Origin: Hydrolagus affinis
Lineage: Eukaryota
Direction of reading: 5' to 3'
DNA length: 64,000 nt
Assembly (NCBI GenBank): GCA_012026655.1
Contig: JAAILG010000022.1
Location: forward strand, 62,001 to 126,000
Below are positions 50,801-59,800 of the stretch, in pieces. The translations under genes were made by a program, and so were the position numbers. How positions within the stretch are numbered: position 1 is the first letter of the stretch; each line of letters opens with the position of its first letter. The notes beneath the pieces are model-generated. The model worked only from the letters and a program-made list of their open reading frames with translations. It was not told where the DNA came from and made no database searches.

Positions 50801-53800
50801 ATTGAGTGTTTATAATATATGATTTATAAAGATAAGAAATGCGAGTCTTACTGTATTAAAAATTAAACACACAGGAATGGTATTGATTTGAACAAGTCTG
50901 TCAAGTTCCCTAATTCTATTTACTTTTAGCTGTCCAAAAAAGCTGTCCAAAAAAATCTGTCCAAGCCAATTGTTCAATCCAGTTACACTTGCTTTATGCT
51001 ATCTAATGATTAATACTATGAGATTGAGTTTGCAGAATAGAATATGATGTAAGAGTTACGGTACTAATGTAACTACTGGAAATAAGTTATGTGAAATACT
51101 GTATATACTTCACCCTCAGAGAATTTATAAAATGCATTTGACATCTATTGTCATTAACACTAAACAATCCTTAACACTTGTATTTTAATTCCTTAGCAAT
51201 CTTGTAGATCTCTCTTGTTCACAAAACCACAGCAAACTAATATCTCTTGGGAAATGAATTTCATCCTTTGGCTTTTGTTTGAGTTCTGTGGAGAAATATT
51301 TGTCCAGTTAAAGAGCTGGTATAAATGAATGACGTACTTGGCAGCATCCCTTAAGTCAGTCACATTTCGTGTTTTACCAAGTCCATCTTTGAAGGTTGTC
51401 TTGTTCGCTACAGTTAATATTCCATTCTTGGTTGTAAAGTCAGGAAAGCATCTGCGTAGGACTGCAAAGTAGATCCAGGTCATTTTAGTATTTGTCACTC
51501 AAATTAAATTACAGTGCATTTATTTCAAAGCTGCATTTAGCTAAACACAAATGTTTTTTGTTCTTTGCAACCAAAATCTCATACGTACAAGGTCTGCTGG
51601 GAACAATCATTGAAGGACAGTCTTCATCTCGCAACACTTCTGCAACTGACTAAAATATAAAGAACAAGATAATATATCAGTACCAGTCTCTTATCATACT
51701 GCGTCTGCTTCAGCCATTGATTCGCATCAAACATTGTTTTTACACCAATAATTTCACACCTTCATTTATTTCTGTTTTTTGGGCAATCTTATGGAGAGGT
51801 TCAGATGAAGAAAGCCTTTGGTCCAATTCCATTCCTCCTTCCACAATGTCCAAATTCCTGTCCTCGCAACAGAATTGGGCTGTATTTTAACTAAATCCAA
51901 CATCCTGGCCTCAACTACCCTTCAGGTAATCTATTCTAGTTGTTAATTACTCTCCAAGTAAAGAGATACCTCCTGGAATCTGACCTGAAATTGCCCTTTG
52001 CAATCCTAACCTTATGTTCTTTTGCTCTGCCAGTCCCAGAGCAAGGTCAAACCAGAGTTCCTGTGAATTGACTTGATGTGCATCCAGTCACTGTCAGAAG
52101 TAACGAAATGCAATGCCCAAATGGCACATTTTAGATCCCAATATATAAAGATAATGGAAATACACGGTACATTTTCAGTTGATTTGAAATCAGTAATCTT
52201 TCTTCAAGCATACCAGGAATATTTTGCACTATTGTGAAAGCTTTCCGTTTGATTTTCAGAATTTAAATATTCTGTTTACCATAGCAAAAAACACTTTTAT
52301 AGGCATAAGTGGGGTAAAGAATTTGTGTACTTCCTTGTGCAATCATTAACTCAAAGTCTGCTAAAAAGAAATTTATGACAAAATGTCATCTTTCTAGGCA
52401 TCCTTTTTGCTTTTGCTCTCTTTCTCTCCTGTGCATTTTGTCAGTCAGCACGTACATAGGCGATGTTGCCATTAGCATATGTTTGCATCAAGAATAAATT
52501 ATATATGTCTGTAGACACCTGCCTGATATAGTGAAACTTTGAATGGTTCATTAAATCTGTTCTAGTTTCTTTGATGTCACCAGTAGCTGTTTGTATGTAT
52601 CTGTTAATGTTATAACTAATGCATGGTATTGATTAGAGCAAAAGTGAACAAACCAAACTTCAGATGTAGTAAGTTGCATTACTTTCCCCTCCATCACTTT
52701 CCCCTCCATGCTCTCACTTTAACAGAGGTCTGTCCATCATTCCAAGGAGCTATAAAGCTAATAGTAATATTTAATTCTAAAGTCACAATGAGAGGTCAAT
52801 CACCTGTGACCATTTCTGCAACATGTTAAACTGCACTGCAGTAAACTTTCCACCCAGAGATAATCTTTAAATGCAGACACGACGCTCCTGTTCAAAAACA
52901 GGTAACTAACAAATGTATTCGTCAACAGGCACCATGACTGACATGAGCAATTGGTATTTAGTCTTGTTGTGCCCCTCTACTGTAATGTTTAATTGTGACC
53001 ATTGAAAAAAAATGTTTTTTTATTTATTTAGCAGAATAGTGTGTTTCCTTTCCTTTTGGAAAATTGGAATGTCTTGTAAAGTAGGACACCTGGAATAGTA
53101 CCTCCCATGCTCGTTTAACACTTTGGCGAACAGCTGAGGTGTGTAACATGTCCTACTCAAAGCTGTTTCAGATGACACATATCTCTGCCAAATGCTTTGA
53201 TGTCACCAGTAGCTGTTTGTATGTATCTGTTAATGTTATAACTAATGCATTTCCAAAGGTCAATTGGAAACACTATTTATATTATTATTACAAACCATTT
53301 AACACTCTCAGTTTTTTTTATTAAGAAAAGTGTGAATGTATAAAGCAATACTGCAATTTACTAAATAGGAATCCTCAACGACAATCTTGTGTCGTTGCCT
53401 CCCATGTTTTTTTAAAAAAAACAATAGCATTGTTGAGTCAACAACATCAAGAAATTCTATTTACTGTATATAGTACCTTTCACGTTGGGAGGACATCCCA
53501 ACATTCCTGAAAAACGTCACGCAAATCTAAAGTTTGTAAATCGGTATGCGGTCCCATTATATAACTCAAAATGGGTTATTTTTACAAAATTTCCGGACCT
53601 TTAACCTACTAAAATAACATACAAAACACACAGAATATGTGCGCTTTATCACCACCAATTTAGTGTTGACTTTGCGGGGTCTCTTACCGCTAGCGGTATT
53701 ACTGCTGCTCATTTCACTTACTGGTCTCTTTTCTGACATTGTAGAAACGCGGTAGAGGCTGTAAATTGCTCGTAATTGCTGGGGAATTTTTGAAAATAAT

Positions 53801-56800
53801 ACTAACCACGCGTGGTGTCGCTTCAAAAGAAGCTGGCTTTAAAGCAATGACGTAGTGACATATTATTGGCCAGTTCAACAGCTTGGATACAGTATACATA
53901 CTGCGAATTTACCGTGAAATACACTATATACTGCGTATGCGCAAAAAAGATGCAGATTGTTTCTGTTAAAACAAAACAAAATAGTGCACATCGTTTAAAA
54001 AGGTGTTAAAAAAATTACGTTTGTTAATTCGATATCATGTAAATAGAGATGTCGTAAATCAGGGGATACCTGTATTTGCCCCAGTGACTCAACCTATTTA
54101 TTGCATAAGTACCAACCAGTCATCATTATAAGAGTCACTGAAGAAGACTGGAAAATAGCAGGATAGTTGTTGGGTAGAAGAATGTTAATCAATGCGACAC
54201 TACTAAACCAAAATAAAGTTTAGATAACAATGAATCATCTCTGTACAATCAACCACTGGGGAGGAAAAGCATGAAGAGACTCGTTCGCAGCTTGCACACA
54301 CTGTAACAGGAAGCATTCAAATAAAATTAATATCACTAGTGTTCATCTATGAAAAACAATTCCCATAGATTCATAATTTGGCCTGTTGAGTCCCATCAAA
54401 TCCCACAAGACATACAAAATAATGGCATGATTTACAATCTATCCAATAAGATATTGCAGCTAACTTATAAATAGGGTATCTTGGAATGAGTGTGAAGGTT
54501 ACATTGGTTAATATTCATAAGAAAGCATATTGAAGCTTCAGTAGTAAATGCTGCAACAGCTTAATTTAAGGCATTAATCGAAAGCAATGTGGGAGAATTA
54601 ATATGATTTTACTCCCAGGATACAAACCTTTCTAGGGTTATCGAAGCCTGGTTTGCAAAACTGTCTGTAATACTTCCAATAGTTTTTTTTGTTTCTGTAG
54701 GACTGTGCTTGCATGTTGATATAACTTGCAAACCGGTCTGGGCACTTTGTAACACAGAGCTGTTTGAAATAAGAGGAAAATATTGAACAACGTTAACAGT
54801 TTCAACAACAGCAAAATTACATTGATAGGGCGCCTTTCACGTCGGGTGGATGTCCCAAGGCGCTGAACAGTCGGGTCAGGACCCGAGCAAGGGATTTAAT
54901 TTAACGTATACATGGCTATAATTAAGATTGTATCAAAGAATGCTCCAAAGATGTACAGAATTCAGTTTTAATGCCCATCCCCGCACCCGCCCACCCCCCC
55001 TTCTCCAAAGCCACATATGTTTTGTAGCTAAGTATACACCATCCATTGCAGGGAAGTAAATCCTCTGAGTGTAAATTCCAACAAGCCTATTGATACACAT
55101 CACACCTACAAAGATAAGAAAAGGTTTGCCAATGCTTTCATGAAGATGGAATTTTAGATTGTCAAAAAGCTTGTTTGTTCGACAGAGGGTGTTTTAAATG
55201 TCTAATCCCATCGATTAAGTAAAGTTAACTAATGCTTTAAGATATCAAAACTGTACAGTTCCTGCCTTCTTTCTGCATGCATTTTACAGCTTTTTAAAAT
55301 CCAAGCTTGGCACCACCTCTAACCATAACTAACGTCATTTTGGTTCCTGGCGGCTTCCTGGTGCAGTGTACGAACAGGTCTTTTTGATTCTTAGTGGGGA
55401 GAGTCCAAGCTAAGCACTGACACAAAAGTGCTGCTCTTCCCTTTGTAAGCAGCTGTTGTAAACCTTCAGGAGAATTTGGGTTCTAGCTTTAGTGGGGCTG
55501 ATGAGCACAGGTTGCAACGAATAAACAGAATGAATAATAGAGAAGCTGTCAGCTTCCATTCCTCCTTTTCAGTATTAAAATATAATGTTAGAACGATTTA
55601 ATGTCAGTAATACAGCACAACGGAGAGGATAAAGCAATAGCCACCTGAGAAAGGGTCTGCAGTGTAAAAAAAAATTCTGTGAATCCAGATCCCCGGTTCA
55701 AAATCACGTGTCTGATTGAGTTACATGCTTTGTGCAATCTGCTTTGCACTGATTGCCTATATATTGCCCTGGTACAAATCTTCCCGTTGATATTAAGAGC
55801 AGGACTCCAGCACGATTCATGTAGTCTGAACGTGCTTTATACTGTAACTGTGACTGTTCATCACCAAATGAGTACTTTATGTGCAACATCACATGATTGT
55901 TTGTGGCATGAGATCTTGGTACAAGGGGATTCTCTGGAATCTATTTGTTTATTATTGCTTATTAGAAACTAACAGATGGTTTAGTTTGGTTTTTCTTTTA
56001 TTTTTGCTGCTAATCTTCCCTGGAATCTTTTCACTTTGATTAATTCTTTGGATCGTTTCCACCTTGTCCATGGAGATTTTTCTAAAAATCCTCTTTAAGA
56101 ATAAAAGGGATTTAATCAAACCTGATGAAGTGGTTCTGCTTACCTGTTTCGTTGGACACTGCAAATTTATAAGCACTGCGGGACTTGCACACTTGAGGAT
56201 ATTGAAGTAGAATAAAATTGTCTTGTTCCTGGAAAAGAATGCAGCAAGTATATAAACTCTTTTAACAGTGCTCTCAAGTCCATTGGTACTTCAGCAATAA
56301 TACAAGTTGCACGTTATGAACCAAAAATAATAAATGTTCTTCACCCCCATATAAAATTCAGTGATTGGCTTTAAAATGTATAGAATCTGTCCAATGTTGC
56401 ATTGATTTGTTTGAGTGCTGAACAGAATAGAACCAGATCAGCTTCACGAAGGAAGGCTTTAGAATTGTGGGCTGCAGGAATATACTAAATTGAATGCTCT
56501 ATGAATTGAATCTTTTCCAATGACATTGAAGGACACAGTGAATTGAATCACAGACAGAGCCATATTCTAATAAATACTGCACATAATAATATTATCCTTC
56601 TCTGTTTGACAAAATGTCTCAGTCACAGAAAATCAAAAAATACACTGCTACACTAGCCCGCGATACTGTGTAATTGCAAAACAATAGTGAGCTCAACACC
56701 TAAACTCAAAGTATTGTATTTATTACAGAAATACGTATTATGTTTGAAAAATCCAGTGCAAACATTGTAAACCATGTTTACACACAACTTGTGTCCTTCT

Positions 56801-59800
56801 GAAATGCGATTGTTATTGAAATACTTTATTGGAACCACTGCAGTATTGACCACAGGGTGGCAGCAAAAGGTGTGTCATACAAAGTGACTTCTCTCTCACT
56901 CAATATAAGGCATAACATTGAAGGAATGGGTAACTAGGTGCAAGTATTAAACGCCTTAAACAATGGAGCTGCCTGGCAGAATATCGCAAATTGAAATCCA
57001 AGCCTAGATATGTGCACACTCTCCTTACTTTATTTCTCACAATATGTGTAAGAATATGTCTGTGATTACCACATTCACAATATGAACTGTTGCACTGTAA
57101 TACTCAAACAAGCAATAATGTCAGAGTACAGTATCTAGTTAGACAATATTAGTTGGAGTAGAGGACTGGGATGTCATGCACATCAGTTACTTTGTTCTTG
57201 GATTTTTGTTTGCCAAATGAATATATTTAAGTGTGAACATCTTAGTGGAATAAGGGTACTGTATTGGAATGCTAGTCATGACAAGAGCACACATGGCAAC
57301 CTGTAGAGAATCCTGTGCGTGAAGAGGTGCACAATCTCACCAGTAAAGTAGTAGTAGAATGGGGAAAGTGGCCAAAGTAAAAAGCTACTCTAGATGTCAT
57401 TAACATAGTTTTCTAATAATACTATTCAATATAGCAGAAAAATTTAAATAAAGTCCCAAAATGCCAAATGAACTGATAAAATTGTACATGAATATTTCCA
57501 AAATGATACTGTTCTAAAGAAGCAAACTGCGATTTTGTCAGTCTACATTTCTATGGATATCTGAATGGCTTATTGGACATTTAAGAACTGCTCAGTTTCA
57601 TATAGATCTGATGAAGCTCTCAGTAAGCCTTAAAAAGTTGATTATGTGTTCAGGTTTCAAATACAAGATTTGGTGACTATCTTCAAGAACCTCCTCCACT
57701 GATTATTTATGATTTTCCTTTTAATTTCCCCTATCAGTTAAGCAGTTATTATTTGAATTAGCTCCTTACAGCCCTCTTGTACAATAAGTACATTTAGAAT
57801 CAATTAATGACAAACTATAGATGTGCCCGAAACATTCAAGTGTTTAATAAGCAATAATAATAATCCTTGCATTTGATATAATGCCTTAAAATGTTGTGAC
57901 ATTGCCTTCAAATTGACTGGTGTTGAGCTATAATTGAGAATATGTAGTTACTTGGCAACAAAGTAGGCTGCCTGAACCATGTAATTCAATCTAAAATGCA
58001 TCTACTTTAATGGTTTATGATTACTTAAATGTGTTAAATGCAGAATTGGTTGTATTACAAAATCATAGTATTGAAAGTATAATTACTTTTGCTCACAAAA
58101 TATACAGTCAATTCACTTTACAAAATATTCTGTGAAGCATTTGAGATATCTCGAAAATGTGATAAGGCACTATATCAAATGCAAGGATTATTATTAATGG
58201 TGAATAACACATTTATGTATGGAAGACAGAAAGAATGAGATGATTTACTCCATTGTGTGGCCTGTCTTCAGTCAAGACTCAACCCAGATAAGACTAATTA
58301 AATGCAAGTCTTATTTGCGTACTGTGGCTATTTTTATATTTCTGGAGCAAAACAAGTTTCTTTTTAAAAACAAAACTTGCTCCCAACACGGTAGAAGATC
58401 CGAAGCTCCTGTTAGTGGTTTTTTCTTCTTGAAATAAATATTATCTGGATACTGTATTATGAAGTCTGGGTGGGAGGCAAATCCTGTCTTATAGGATTTT
58501 TGTTGTACCTTATTACCCATCCAATTTATTATAAAATTTACAGCACTGGCAGTGCCACATCAAGGAATCAAAATATGAATTCTAATATTTTTATAGACGG
58601 TATATGATGAGATTTACCATTTTGCGCTTCTGGCTAGTTTTACATAGCTAAATTTTGATTTCAATGCTTCTGTATAAAGGACCATTTCAACTACTGTACA
58701 AAGAAAATAAAGGGCATTCCCCGTTCTTCTGCTCCATTATTCATCTTCTCATGAAATTGAAAGCTGAAAAACCTGTTTATTCCTCATATTTCACAAACAA
58801 ACAAAATTAAAAATACAAAAGAACTTGCCTACAGAGGTAAAAAAAACACAGCTCGATTGAAAAGGTTTCAACACTGAATGTACAATTGGCAAGGATTTGT
58901 TAAATATGAAAATAGACTTTGGAGACTATTAGATCACATATGTTGTGATCCTATGTAAACTGCAAAGTCCTTACTCTTCCCCCAAAATAGTAATTGGTTA
59001 TAGTAATAAAACCCTAGCATTTGACAGTGCTTTATCACGTCTTCGGGACGTCTCAAAGCGCTTCACAGAATATACTGTAAAGTGAAGTACAGTATTACTT
59101 TTACTAAAAGTAAGTTGAGGACCAACAAAGTATTGATGAACATTATGATTTATTCAAAATTCAGAATTGGAATCAAAGGTTAAACAGAAATTGCAACTTC
59201 AATGGGTTGAACCCAAAGTTTGACAATCAGAGCTGCACGCTAGAAGAGAAAGAATGTCCCTTCCCATCCCACACAGGAATCTCCTGTGAACTCTGAAGGT
59301 CTGAAATTTACGAAAGGGAAGTTTAATGGAAGGGCTTTCTGTCCTCCAGCACATGCCTATCAAGGCTTTTAAAGACTGAATAGATTCAAATCCAATATTG
59401 GACCAATATCAAATCCAATGTTGTGTAAGTTACAGTGACTTACACAACAGTAACTGTAACTTACACAACAATTCTAGTTCATTTTTATTCAATGCTGTGA
59501 TATCCCTAGAAAAACAAATAAATATCTCAGCAAACTATTGGAATTAAACATCCCATCATCTTGATACTAATCTCTGTCTCTGAAGTTTCTGAGGATAACA
59601 TTAATAATTCTGACTAGTTTCACGGAAGGCTGTTCATTACTTACTGATTGACAGTGCCTTGCTGGCCACAAAATTGCCCATGGCTATCGGTTGGGTAGAT
59701 CACTTTTCTCGGGTCTCCATGAACCCAGGCTGAAAGTTAAAGAGATGAACCAGTTATTGTCCATATCCACTTAATACAGGGATTCTCCCCATTAAATAAA

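Noticed and set aside
57605-57645. Second hammerhead-like motif (CTGATGAAG...AAAAGTT)
   Set aside because: No GAAA and no clean stem II; too degenerate to support.
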